A stretch of DNA of 64,000 bases from Leucoraja ocellata (GCA_036785375.1 JAWMAR010000471.1:620001-684000); one strand, 5' to 3'. Shown: positions 40,233 through 52,994, numbered from the stretch's first letter. Numbers and translations are program-made. Notes: generated from the letters alone by a model not told the origin.

Positions 40233-40811
40233 CTTCGATCCCCGTGGCGGCACCAACTTTGCTGTCTCTCCTGAATACCTTCAGTGCGTCCGTCAGGCAG
40301 AATTGAGAGCGCTGGTGGGAGCTAGTCTCACGTCACTTTCTGCAGGCCACCAATAAAACGGTGGTTATATTGTCATCCCCATCTCACGCAAACGAAATGT
40401 GGCGGAAGTGCTCTGATAGAGGAAAATGTACTAGAAGGCATCAGCAGCAGGAGAGCACCTGACACAATCAAAGCTCTCGTCAAACGTTAGATCTTTTCTC
40501 TCCTCCCTCCTCCTCTCCGACAGAAGAGGCAAATGATTAAAACTACTAGATTCAAGGACAGTTTCTTCCCTGCAATTGTAAGACTCTTGAGTGGACCTCG
40601 CGAAAGCCAAGGATTTATTTCCGATTTCCCAGTCTACCTTGCTGCGACTCTTGCACTTTTAGTTAACCTGCACTTTCTCTGCAATCGTCATATTTTTTTA
40701 AGAGATCGTTTGTGCCCATAATGTAGGGCCCGTGCGGACCAGGTGTTGGAATTTCCACTGCATTTGAAGGATGTTAGTGGACAGTTATTTATTCTGTGGG
40801 CAAATGTGGAT

Positions 40812-42037
40812 TCATAGCAAAAGGATTTGAGTATAGGAGCAGGGAGGTTCTATTGCATACAGTTTTGGTCTCCTAATCTGAGGAAAGACATTCTTGCCAT
40901 AGAGGGAGTACAGCAAAGGTTCACCAGACTGATTCCTGGGATGTCAGGACTTTCATATGAAGAAAGACTGGATAGACTCGGTTTGTACTCGCTGGAATTT
41001 AGAAGATTGAGGGGGGATCTTATAGAAACTTAAAACAATCTTAATGGGTTGGACAGGCTAGATGCTGGAAGATTGTTCCCGATGTTGGGGAAGTCCAAAA
41101 CAAGGGGTCACAGTTTAAGGATAAGGGGGAAGTCTTTTAGGACCGAGATGAGGAAAACCTTTTTCACACAGAGTGGTGAATCTATGGAATTCTCTGCCGC
41201 AGACGGTAGTTGAGACCAGTTCATTGGCTACATTTAAGAGGGAGTTAGATGTGGCCCTTGTGGCTAAATGGATCAAGGGGCATGGAGAGAAGGCAGGTGC
41301 AGGATACTGAGTTGGATGATCAGCCATGATCATATTGAATGGCGGTGCGGGCTCGAAGGGCCGAATGGCCTACTCCTACACCTATTTTCTATGTTTCTAT
41401 GTGTGAGTCGCCATCGTCAGTCGGACACTATTATGCCATGATGTCGGACCATGATAGAAACATAGAGAATAGGTGCAGGAGGAGGCCATTCGGCCCTTCG
41501 AGCCAGTACCGCTATTCATTGTGGTCATGGGTGATCGTCCCCTATCAATAACCCGTACCTGCCTTCTCCCCATATCCCTTGACTCCACTAGCCCCTAGAG
41601 CTATATCTAACTCTCTCTTAAATTCATCCAGTGACTTGGACACCATCTGTGGCAGGGAATTCCATAAATTCACAACTCTCTGGATGAAAAGTTTATTCCC
41701 ACCTCAGTTTTAAATGGCCTCCCTTAGATTCTAAAACCGTGGCCCCTGGTTCTGGACTCGCCCCATATTGGGAACATTTTTCCTGCATCTAGCTTGTCCA
41801 GTCCTTTTATAATTTTATATGTTTCTATAAGAATGCCCCTCATCCTTCTAAACTGCAGTGAATATAAGCCTAGTCTTTTCAATCGTCCCTCATATGACCG
41901 TCCCGCCATCCCAGGGATCAATCTCGTGAACCTAGGCTGCACTGCCTCAATCACAAGGATGTCCTTCCTCAAATTAGGAGACCAAAACTGTACACAATAC
42001 TCCAGATGTGGTCTCGCCAGATCCCTATACAACTGCA
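40812..42037. mobile_element. Two tail-to-tail CR1 3' fragments
   Basis: Plus copy 40812-41402 and minus copy 41453-42037 (RPHLEYCVQFWSP). Confidence 0.82.
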
Positions 42038-45000
42038 GTTTCTCTATCAAAACACTGCGTTGCTGGCCGAGCAGTAACACAGCCAACGTCTGTCTGCGTT
42101 GTATGTAATCGTGTGGATATACATTTCATGTAGAGAGGAGCGACACCGGGCGCTATTCCTGCTATTGGGCCGAATGGCCTACTCCTGCATCTATTTTCTA
42201 TGTTTTCTATGTTTATTAGCTGAGGATAGTTTTTAGTTTACAGATATACCGCGGAAAGGGGGTATTTTGTCCCACCGTGTCCGCGGCGACCTTGATCCCT
42301 TCACACTAACACTATCCTACACATACTAGGGACACATTTAAATCTATACCAAGCCTATTAACATACAAACCAATACGTCCTATATATGGAGTGTGGAAGC
42401 AAGCCGACGATCTCGGAGAAGACCCACGCTGTCACGGGGACGACGTACAAACTCCCCACAGACAACACCCGTAGTCGGAATCGAACCCGGGTGGCTGGAG
42501 GTTTGAGCGCTCGCGGGTAGAAACTCGAGCGCCGCCCCAATGTGCTGCAGGTTACTTAACTTTCCCCTCCCCCGTCTGCTATTTGTCAGTCGCCCGGTGG
42601 CAACAATTGGGTCACAACCACTCTTGCAAATCAACAACGTCCGTCTCCAAACCCCCGCGCACAATCACCAGCTGCAGCTAACAGTTTCCGACAGTTGGCA
42701 CCAGCGCCAATCCGCCCCGCCCTCACTTCCTTCCTCTGCTCTGGCTGCGAACCGCCTTACCTACTGCAGCAGTTTGCTGCCACGGATACGTGTTGGAACT
42801 GTACGCAAGTGGTTTTGTGAAATTTGTGTTTCTAACCGGCCAGCAGTTGTTTTGGACTGCAGAGTGACCGATGCAGCAAACGGCAAAGTGACTCTCTGAT
42901 CCAACCGTTAAACATATCTTGAATTAATGATCAGCGGGTTCAATTTTAGGCGAGTCTGAGAGCGCCCGAATAACGGACGCCAGGAGACTGTCGATAATCA
43001 ACTCCACAACAGTCGATCGCTTAACATGTCCCCATCAACGTCTGTAATTGCTCAATATCTGTGTGCACGTATACACAATCATTTGTCCATGCACGGATGA
43101 TAGCAGAAAGCTACATTGCCTCCGCAAGCCATTGCCATCCGTGGAATGAATCATAATTTAATCTTACTTTAATGAACTTATGTTTTCCCATCTCTACGTC
43201 ACTGAGCGGTACCCTATTCACGAATGGCAATGGCTTGCGTAGGCAAAGTGGCGTTCTGCTATCACCTGTGCATGGACAGGCCAGATGCAGGAAGATGATT
43301 CCCGATGTTGGGGAAGTCCCAACTAGCGATCACAGTTTAAGGATACGTGGGAAGTCTTTTAGGACCGGGATGAGAAAATCATTCTTCACACAGAGAGTGG
43401 TGAATCTGTGGAATTCTCTGCCACAGAAGGTAGCTGAGGCCAGTTCATTGGCTATATTTAAGAGGGATTTGGATGTGGCCCTGGTGGCTAAAGGGATCAG
43501 GGGATATGGAGAGAAGGCAGGGACGGGATGCTGAGTTGGATGATCATCCATTGTCATATTGAATGGCGGTACAGGCTCGAATGGCCAACTCCTGCACCTA
43601 ATGTCTATGTTTCATAATAAAACAGAAAACGATGGAAATACTTAGCAGGTCAGGCGCATCCGTGTGCTGATAGACACATTTAAACTTTTACGTCAAACCG
43701 GAAAGGAGAGAAGGCACGCGCCTTGGGCTGCGTACTCCGCTGGGAGGTGGCTGATTTGGAGGCCGGGGCCGCTGAGGATGTTCTTCGTCGGGGTTCGACG
43801 TCGGAGTTCCATCATTCCCGGCGAGATGGCCTACGGGGTGCGCGGGAGGCCCCGACGAAGGGTGAACATCTGGGAAGATCAGCCAGGAGGCTGACTGGAG
43901 TTTTGTTCCTTCCCTAACTGTGGTGCCGCTGTGGGAATGTTGTGTCGTGGACTTCTGTGTTTGTGCTTTAAAAAAAAATTATGACTGTAAAATCCATTTC
44001 GTTGTCTCTAACGAGACAATGACAATAAATTGAATCCAATCCAAAGGTGGCCATAAGAGTAAATACACAAGAAACTGCAGATTCTGGAAACTTGTGCAAA
44101 ACTGAATGTGCTGCAGGAACTCAGCAGACTAAACATCATCTGGGGAGCGAAACGATAGGGTCTGAAGAACGGTCCTGGCCAGGAAAGTAGTCTGTCCATG
44201 CCTTCCACAGATGTTGCCTGACCAACGAAGTCCCTCTTTGTGATTTAGTTCAAAGAAAGCTGTACGGCCGGTGATGACGGCAGCCTTCGCCAATAACCAC
44301 GCCGACACTTGCAGTAGAGTGAAATTACGTGATATGTTTTACTTACATAAGTATCAACCGCATGGGGGCACTGTCCCTCGCCATCAAGGCGCATGTGCGA
44401 CGACGCTGGGATTGGTTCAAGTGATTCAAATGATTCAAATGATTCAAGTGCTCAACGAATATCAACTAATTGGACCCAGCTGTAACCAATCTCAGATCGA
44501 TCAGTCAGCGACAGGGATCAGAGCAGCAGACAAGGCAGGGGGCGCCGTTACAAACGGCGTGTCACTTATTGGGTAAAAACCAAGGCACAGCCACCATCCC
44601 TCTCCTCCAAAGTTTCCTCCAACCGCCCCTACCGCTCCACCCCCACGCCCCATCCACACACCCCCTCCCCCCCCCCCCCCCCGCCTCCCACATAAAACAG
44701 GCTAAAGAACACTAAAAACGTACATGTAACACATACTGTCAAACACAATGGAAAGAAAGGACAATCGGACTGTAGGCGAGGCAGCCATTGCTGGCGCCAC
44801 CCGGTGGAGCAATAAAGCAATCCATCGAACCAACAAGGTGCATGTATGATTATTTTCCAATAGTTTACAGCGGAAGTTGTATTCCCACCTTTCCTTCCCC
44901 ACCATATCTATTTTTCGACACAATCGTTTTTAGCTGTTTGCAATCTACCGATGTACTGATTCCGCTGTCTTGCGCAGAACTAACACAGCCAGTCATTTCA

Positions 45001-45221
45001 TTTTCAGCAGCCGCTTTCCTTATCCGGCATGTGGCCGCCATTAAACGCGGATAATACAAATCCCCATGTCCATGCTGGAAGCCTTTTTAATAGCGACAAA
45101 TACACTATTTGGCCGTTTCCGTTATTCCACTTATCAAGTACAATATTGTAATGTTCCTGCGTCAGTGTCTCGGCCTCTGTTGTAAGCAGCGCACATGCTG
45201 CATGTATTGGAAATCTCCGGC

Positions 45222-45260
45222 AGTTATTGTACGAGGCCCCAGCCCACTCCCATCATTGTG
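45222..45260 (-). other. 23-RSS of V4
   Basis: CACAATG + 23 bp + ACAATAACT. Confidence 0.88.
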
Positions 45261-45564
45261 AGCCTCAGTGCACAAAGATATACCGCCGTGTCAGACAGCT
45301 GCAAATCCGAGATTGCCAAATGATACGTTTTGCTTGAACGCTGAACGGAATCAGAAATACGGGTCCGAGCGAATTCTGCCTTGAAATCTAAATTGCCTTC
45401 GATGAAACGCCCGACCGCAACTTCCGGTCGCTTGCTTGGGTACTGGCGGTACCAGAATAAGGAAGAAATATCGCTGGTGTATGTGCAGACTAAAGTTGCA
45501 GTTTCTCCTTCTGCCCTTGTCAGCGGGGGATCCCTCTGAGACACAACGTTTCCATTGCTCTGAC
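45261..45564 (-). CDS. TCR alpha/delta-type V segment V4 (family II), V exon
   Basis: Acceptor tgttccag; VVSQ...ATLVC...LFWYRQYP...LQLSDTAVYLCAL; followed by a 23-RSS. Confidence 0.92.
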
Positions 45565-45816
45565 CTGGAACACAGTTGAAACAAGCGTGACATGGATCAT
45601 TAGATTGGACTTAAGTAATGCTTGCAGGATTTGGGTGTGGGAGATTGCAACCTTCACGTGGTCCGCCCTGTTTCAACGAGTGCAATGAACCTGGCGTGCC
45701 ACAATCAAATAAGATCAAATAGAACACGTTAGCCTACAACTTTAGACTGTGCACGCCATACGCAAGAATAAGAAGTAGCAGGATTCGGAGCGGTCAATAG
45801 CTGTGGAAAAAATATA

Positions 45817-46130
45817 GGGCGGCACAGTGGTGCAGCGGTAGAGTTGCTGCCTTACAGCACTTACCTGGGTTCGATCCTGGCTACTGGTGCTTGCCTGTAC
45901 GGAGTTGGTACGATTTGTTCCCGTGACCTGGGTGGGGGTCTCTCCGAGCACTTCCGTTTCCACCCACAGTCTAAGACGTACAGGTTTGTAGGTTAATTGG
46001 CTTGGTATAAATGTTTTTAAATGTCCCTCTTGCAGGATGGCATTAATGTGCGGGGATGGTTAGTCTGTGAGAACTCGGTGGGCCGAATGGCCTGTATCCG
46101 CGCTGTGTCTCTAAACTAAACTAAACTGAA
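45817..46130 (+). mobile_element. tRNA-derived SINE (HE1-like)
   Basis: GTGGTGCAGCGG A box, GGTTCGATCC B box, (CTAAA)n tail. Confidence 0.78.
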
Positions 46131-46944
46131 CTTGCAGAGTAGAATTGTGATTCATGGGTAAATAAGAATGCGCGAGCATCAATCCCAGGACATACCTCCA
46201 CACCTCCCTTTGACATAGTCAACTTACATTCCCACATTTCACTCGCAGTGACCACCTATTTATACTGTGCCTGATACACTATTTGCATGAGTTTGTAACA
46301 CTACGAAAAGCCACCCAAGCATTCCACATAATATTGTTCTCCTCTATATCCCGCTGGGTTTATCAGTTATGTGATATGTAAAACCATAAGTTGAAATTAG
46401 AACACAGAACAGAGAAGAGTGTAGCACATAAATAGATCCTTCAGCGCACAATATCCGTTTCGAGGATGACGTAGATAAACGAATCTAATTTGCCGCTTGT
46501 ACCGTTCCCTGCCTAGCCACGTACCTCTCCGTAAATCCTTAAATGCCACTATCTTACACGGCTCGACCACCGTACCTGTTTCATGTACACAGCACACACT
46601 GTGTAAAAACAATACCTACACTACACCACTGCTTGAAATTTCGTACCTCTCACCTTAACACAACCCCCTCTTATTCTCGGGATTTCCACCCTGGGAAAAA
46701 AAATGTTCCCACAGGCTATGCGCCTCGTAATTTGATGTACTCCTACAATGTCTCCAGCTTTCGACATTCCCGAGAAAACATTGCAAGTTTTTTTCAACTT
46801 CTCCTTATTGCTAATCCATGCAGCATGTTGGTAAATTGATACTGAGCTGGACCCTTTTCCTCTATGCAACACCTTGATTAGCTGTTTGCTTACTGGAGAA
46901 TACTACCGCATTCATTCTGGTGGTAATAATCGAATGGCGATTAT

Positions 46945-49200
46945 AGAGACATAGAGTGATACAGTGTGGAAACAACCCGTCTGCCCAATTTGCCCACATC
47001 GGCCTACAAGTCCCAGCTACATTCGTTCCACCTGCTCGCGTTTTGGCCATATCCCTCCAAACATGACCTATCCATGTACCTTTCTAACTGTTTCTTAAAT
47101 GTTGTTATCGTCCTTGCCTTAACTACCTCCTCTGCCAGCTTGTTCCATACACCCATCACTCTTTGTGTGTAAAAGTTACCTCCTGTTAAATCTTTTCGCC
47201 TTGACCGAAATCCATATCCTATGGCCCTCGATTCACCTACTCTGGGCAAGAGACTCTGTGTATCTACCTTGTCTATTAATTTTGTGATTTTACGCAAGTC
47301 AACAATATTAGCCCTCATTCTATTGCGCTCCAAACAACGGAGTCACAACATACTCAATCTCCCCCGACAGTTCAGACAATCTAACCCTGGAAATATCTTT
47401 GTCAATCTTCTCTGAGCCCTTTTCAGCTTGACAACACCTTTCCTATAACATGTTGCCCGGAACTGAACACAATGCTCTATGTGCGGCCTTATCCACGTCT
47501 TATACAACTGCAACATGAACTCCCAACGTCTATACTTAATACTCTGACTTATGAAGGCCAATATGCCACACGCCTTGCGCGACTCCACAATCATTGAACC
47601 ATGCACCTGTACTCCAAGATCCCTCTGCTATACAACATTCCCTGGATCCCTAGCATTCATTGAGCAGGACCCGCCCATGTTCGACGTCCCAAAATGTAAC
47701 GCCACACATTTCTCTGTATTAAATTCCATCAACCATTCCTCAGCCCACCTGGCCAATCGATCAATATCCTACTGCAAATTTGCACAACCATCTCACTGTA
47801 TGTAAAACTACCCATTTATGTTTTATCAGCAAACCTGCCAATCTTGCCGTGTATGTTCTCATCCAAATCATTGATATAGATGAGAAACAGTAACGGGCCG
47901 AGCTCCGAATCCTGAGGCACACCACTAGTTACAGGCATCCAGTCCGAGAAGCCTCCTTACGCCACCACCCTCTGCTTCCTTCGATGAAGCCAATTTTCTT
48001 TGCATTTAGCTGTCTGTCCTTGGATCCCATGCGATCTTACCTTCCAGAGTAGCTTATCTGTGCGGAATCTTGTCGAATGCTTTGCTGAAGTCCATACATA
48101 CAATATCTGTAGCTTGGCGCTCAACGACCTTTTTGGTCAGGTCTTCCAAAAAAACACAATCAAATTTGTGAGACACGACTTCCCACATTCTCACTATCCC
48201 TAATCAGCCCTTATCCGTCTAAATGCATGTACATCTTATCCGTCAGAATACTGTCGAGTAACTTTCCAACTAAAGATGTTGAGCGCACTGGCCTTCAGTG
48301 ACCAGCTCCTACCCTGCCGCCCTTATTGAATAGAGTCACAACATTTGTCTCCCATCAGTCTTCCGGAAGCTCTCCAGCATTTAAAGACGACTCGTAAATT
48401 TAAACCAGGGCTCCCAAAAATAACCTCTCTTGTTTCCCCACAATGTCTTCGGATACATCTTCGGTTATTGTCCAAAAAAGTCTTAATGTGTTATCCATTT
48501 AATTTCCTCGTGGGTCAGAGGTTTCGAATCGTGCACTATGCTTTGTGCAAAGTTGCAAAAGTGGATAAGTCGTTGAGTCATGGATCTGTGCGGAACGGAA
48601 ACAGACCAATAGACAATAGACAATCGGTGAAGGAGTAGGCCATTTGGCCTTTCGAGCCAGCACCGTCATTCAATGTGCTCATGGCTGATCATCCCCAATC
48701 AGTACCCCGTCCCTGCTTTCTCCCCATATCCCCTGACTCCGCTATATTTTAAGAGTCCTATCTAGCTCTCTCTTGAAAGCATCCAGAGAACCGGCCTCCA
48801 CCGCCCTCTGAGGCAGAGAATTCCACAGACTCACCACTCTCTGTGAGAAAAAGTGTTTCCTCGTCTCCGCTCTAAATGGCTTACTCCTTATTCTTAAACT
48901 GTGGCCCCTAGTTCTGGACTCCCACTACATCGGGAGCATGTTTCCTGCCTCTAGTGTGTCCAAGCCCTTAAGAATCTTATATGTTTCAATGAGATGCCCT
49001 CTCTTCCTCCTAAACTCCAGAATGTACAAGCCCAGCTGCTCCATTCTCTCAGCATATGACAGTCCTGCCATCCTGGGAATTAACCTTGTAAACCTACGCT
49101 GCACTCCCTCAATAGCAGGAATGTCCTACCACAAATTAGAGGACCAAATCTACATACACTACTGCAAGTGTGGTCTCACTAGGGCCCTGTACAACTGCAG
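46945..49200 (-). mobile_element. Two CR1-clade LINE fragments in the V4 leader intron
   Basis: 46945-48460 and 48605-49200; RT C-terminal motifs and 3' tails. Confidence 0.82.
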
Positions 49201-49614
49201 AATTAGGAAGCCTTCTTTGTCTATTCTGATCCATTTGGCGAACTGGGATGTTTTCATTTGCATGTATTTACTCCATAGTTATCCAAAGACTTCTTATCCA
49301 TATGTCTGGCCAAATATATTTTAAAAGTAGTAATTCTATCCTCCAATAGCTTCTACTGGCAAAAATCTAAACTAAAAACAGGAAATCCCGAAACACTCAC
49401 CAGGTCAGCCAGCATCCGTGGCAGAAAAAAAACACAGTTAATAATTCACAACGCTTCGTCAGAACAAGGAAAACGAATCAAGCCCCTTTTAAGTTGCAGA
49501 AATGGCGGTGGAAGGACGGACAGTTCTATAAATGTTTAACGGGGCATCTGATTTTTTTTAATGTCTTCTTTTTGACGATAAACCAAACTTCATAAAAAAG
49601 ATTTATTGTCTTAC

Positions 49615-49657
49615 CGATAATCAGTGCAACCAATGTAACGGGTGCAAATAGTTGCAT
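49615..49657 (-). CDS. Probable TCR V4 leader exon (MQLFAPVTLVALII)
   Basis: 43 nt hydrophobic peptide, G|gtaaga donor, phase 1 giving II-GQSNG; about 4 kb of mostly repeats separate it from the V exon; AATGACATCA decamer-like site upstream. Confidence 0.68.
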
Positions 49658-50834
49658 TTTAACTGCTCGCGGATAGTGTGATCGTTTGAGCGTCAAATTC
49701 GTATAGATAATCTCGCAACTGTTGTTGCAATAAGAAGTACAAATAGCTGAGTACATTGGCTGAAGCTGGACTGATGTCATTTCCGTGCAGAACACCAATC
49801 AAAAGGATTCCACTGCGGTGAACAATTAATCCAATACATTTATATTTATTTAGAACAACTCCCACAGTTATTAATGACAGAGAATAGTTAAACCTGCGTC
49901 ATTAAACACATGGCTTCCACTGTGTTCTTTTCCACCAGATACAGTTAGGTAAAAACGTGAGACACAATTCGCAAGTTGACAAAGCCAACTGGACGCAAGT
50001 ACTTTGCGGGGCGAAGAACGCTGCAGTATAGGAGAGTCAGAGGGGACATTCGGTATGTGATGGCGCTCTCCAAATAACAACTCATGAGAGGATATCTCGT
50101 TGATTGTTTCAGTTTTATATCGTGGTAGAATGGTAGGAATGCTTCAAAAAAGACAGAGTAAACTCGAAATAAGGTTGTAATGAGATGACGGTTGTATTAA
50201 TGTAGTGAGAGAGAATGGGGGAGTGAACCATTATTTATGAAAAAGGTGTGGCTCGTTTTAAAGATTTTGGCTAGCTCCATCTGCTGGCGACTTAGTATCA
50301 ATTATATTGAGCTGCATCGTGGAGTTCGTGGCACTGCAGTGCACGGCGGAGTAGGATGTTGGTCTTTTACCAGTTGTTCCCTTGGTTGGCTTGTTAGTTT
50401 CGTGCAGCGAACGGGCGAATCGTTTAAATCGTTTGACTACAGATAATACAGCTACCAAAGAAGCTCACGTCGCCTGTTCCCGTCGCCCTTTCCTCACCTG
50501 TTTCCTAAAATACATCTCCCTCAAGAAAACAAATATACAGCTATTTCTGGAATTGAGTTTTCGATAGTAAACTCCTTGGACATCATTTACTCCCTGCCCT
50601 CGATTCGATCACTCTTTATATTAGTGATTTCTCGGACACTGGTCTTTATGTCAGTGGTGATTAGCAGTAAATAATCCCATCACAATCTATGATCTTGGGT
50701 GATATTTGCCGCAGTGACGGCAAAAATACTTCGCGGGCTATTCGCATCCGTGAAACGCTTCATAATTCCTACCGTTCACGGTATGTCTTCGACACATAGG
50801 CGGTAGCCTGCGACATTTTAAATAATTGACTTAG

Positions 50835-51578
50835 GGGAAGTACAACGGTGATCAGGGTGGTCCTTGTACATCGGTCTATAAAAGTAAGCATGCCGGTACA
50901 GCAGGCAGTGAAGAAAGCGAATGGCATGTTGGCCTTTATAACAAGAGGAATCGAATGTAGGAGCAAAGAGGTCATTCTGCAGTTTTACGGAGACCCTAGT
51001 GAGACCACACCTACAGTATTGTGTGTAGTTTTGGTCCCCTAATTTGAGGAAGGACCTTCTTGGTATTGAGGGAGCCCAGCGTAGGTTTACAAGGTTAATT
51101 CCCAGGATGGCGGGACTGTCATATGCTGAGAGAATGGAGCAGCTGGGTTTGTACACTCTGGAGTTTGGAAGGATGAGAGGGTTCCTCTTTGAAACATATA
51201 AGATTGTTAAGGGTTTAGACACGCTGGAGGCAGGAAACATGGGGAGTCAAGAACCAGGTGCCACAGTTTAAGAATGAGGAATAAACCATTTAGAACGGAG
51301 ACGACAAAACACATTTTCGCAATGAGAGTGGTGAGTCTGTGGAACTTTCTGCCTCAGAGGGTGGTGGAAACCGGTGCTCTGGATGCTTTTAAGAGAGAAC
51401 TAGATAGGGCTCTTAAAAATAACGGAGTCAGGGGATATGGGGAGAAAGCAGGAACGGGGTAGTGATTGGGGGTGATCAGCCAAGATCACATTGAAAGGCG
51501 GTGCTGGCACGAAGGGCAGAATGGACTACTCCTGCACCTAGTGTCTATTGTCTATTGTATATTGTCTATTGTCTATTG
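50835..51578 (+). mobile_element. CR1-clade LINE 3' fragment
   Basis: KKANGMLAFI...QRRFTRLIP; (TGTCTAT)n tail. Confidence 0.83.
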
Positions 51579-52436
51579 ACTTTGTTTGCGTTCCATGAAA
51601 ATACCGTCGACGATATCCAACCGGGAAGGTATGTATGAGAAGCGCTACTATCTTGCTCAAGATTTGCACGTGGATTATCCAGTGAAATTGGCTTTTGAGT
51701 CGATTTCGTGGAAAACAAAACTGACGCTCCGCTTCTGAAATAGAAACTACGCTCTCGCGGTTACCAAAATTGCAATGCCACCTACAGGTAAGTATAGGCA
51801 TCGACATAAATCTATTCATTTGGGGGAAAACGAGTGTTGGCAAAGTAGTAGCCAAAACTAATCCTTGATAGACACAAAAAGCTGGAACAAATCAGCGGGA
51901 CAGGCAGCAACTCTGGAGAGAAGAATGCGTGACGTTTCGGGCCGAAACCTTTCTTCAGACGTCTCGACACGAAACCTCATCCATTCCTTCTCTCCAGGGA
52001 TGCTGCCTGTCACACTGTGTTTCTCCAGCTTTTTGTGTCTACCTTCGGTTTGAACCAGCATCTGTAGTTCCTTCCGACACACATTTAATCCTCGTCGTGT
52101 GAGATCATGATGGGGCGGCCCCCTTTGGACTGTTAGTGGAAAAATGCAACGGACAGACCCAGGGACACATTTTTCTGCAATATCGGTTCCTTTTGCACTC
52201 GCGTACCTGCAGGAGTTTCAGCTATATGCACTAGTTGCATCTACTTTATCGGGATAGGTTCGATTAATTGCTAGTTTCGAACCCCCTAGAGCAAATGTAT
52301 TTGAAAATTCCTTTGAAAACCGTTGAAACAATTAGCGATCGATAAGGATCATGTAGCGGACTGCACAGTGTACCCAGGGGAACAAAGAATGCCGTGTTTT
52401 TCTCTATATCGTGTCTTCTTGTTCCTTTGGGCCACC

Positions 52437-52450
52437 TCGCCCCCTGGCGA
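52437..52450 (-). promoter_or_regulatory. CTCF-like motif downstream of V5 RSS
   Basis: TCGCCAGGGGGCGA, 24 bp after the nonamer. Confidence 0.55.
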
Positions 52451-52474
52451 GTGCTCACGAGATTGGAAATGGTA

Positions 52475-52513
52475 AGTTTTCGTTCGGGTCCGTTACACGT
52501 CGGTGGCAGTGTG
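52475..52513 (-). other. 23-RSS of V5
   Basis: CACACTG + 23 bp + ACGAAAACT. Confidence 0.87.
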
Positions 52514-52817
52514 GGGTTCATGACACAGAAGTACACGGCAGATTCGGAGATCACGGACTTGCGGATCGTCAGCTCGGTATTCTTGGCAGTTTTATTGAAC
52601 GTATAAGAGATTCGGTCTGTGAGGTATCTCGTTTCAGTTTGTGTCCCCCTTGTAATCTGAAGCAGGTAATACGGAGGCTGGCCAGGGCGCTGGATGTACC
52701 AGTAGACATATGGGTATGGATCGGTTGTTTTCAAGGTGCAGGTTAGGTTGATGTTACATCCCTCTTCGGACATAATTTCTCCCACCAGTTGTTCCACTGA
52801 GTCTTGCAGGCTCCAAT
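52514..52817 (-). CDS. TCR alpha/delta-type V segment V5 (family I), V exon
   Basis: Acceptor ccttttattag; DSVEQ...INLTC...VYWYIQRP...ESAVYFCVM; followed by a 23-RSS. Confidence 0.92.
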
Positions 52818-52948
52818 CTAATAAAAGGCAATACAACTGTCATCAATATTACATTTCTCAAACAAGCTATTTTTATTCCAGCAAGATAAACATCAGTATT
52901 AATGAGGTCAAATGAACCCTGCAATTTTAATGGGAAGTAAATCCTCAC

Positions 52949-52994
52949 CAAGAAGTAACGCAATGATAAGGAGCGGCGCTAATTGTTTCTTCAT
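52949..52994 (-). CDS. TCR V5 leader exon (MKKQLAPLLIIALLL)
   Basis: 46 nt signal peptide, G|gtgagg donor, 131-bp intron similar in size to V1 and V2. Confidence 0.85.

Noticed and set aside
42808-42840. GGTTTTGTG nonamer-like site
   Set aside because: No heptamer at 12- or 23-bp spacing.
51680-51795. Possible J segment (KLAF...TKLT followed by a gtaagt donor)
   Set aside because: No FGxG motif, no upstream 12-RSS, and a stop codon before the donor.
26000-52817. IgH, IgL or NAR V identity for the V segments
   Set aside because: Framework motifs (WYRQYP..PEFLL, WYKQ, CAM/CAL/CAV ends), 23-RSSs and no adjacent D/J/C cluster fit TCR alpha/delta better; alpha vs delta cannot be resolved by eye.
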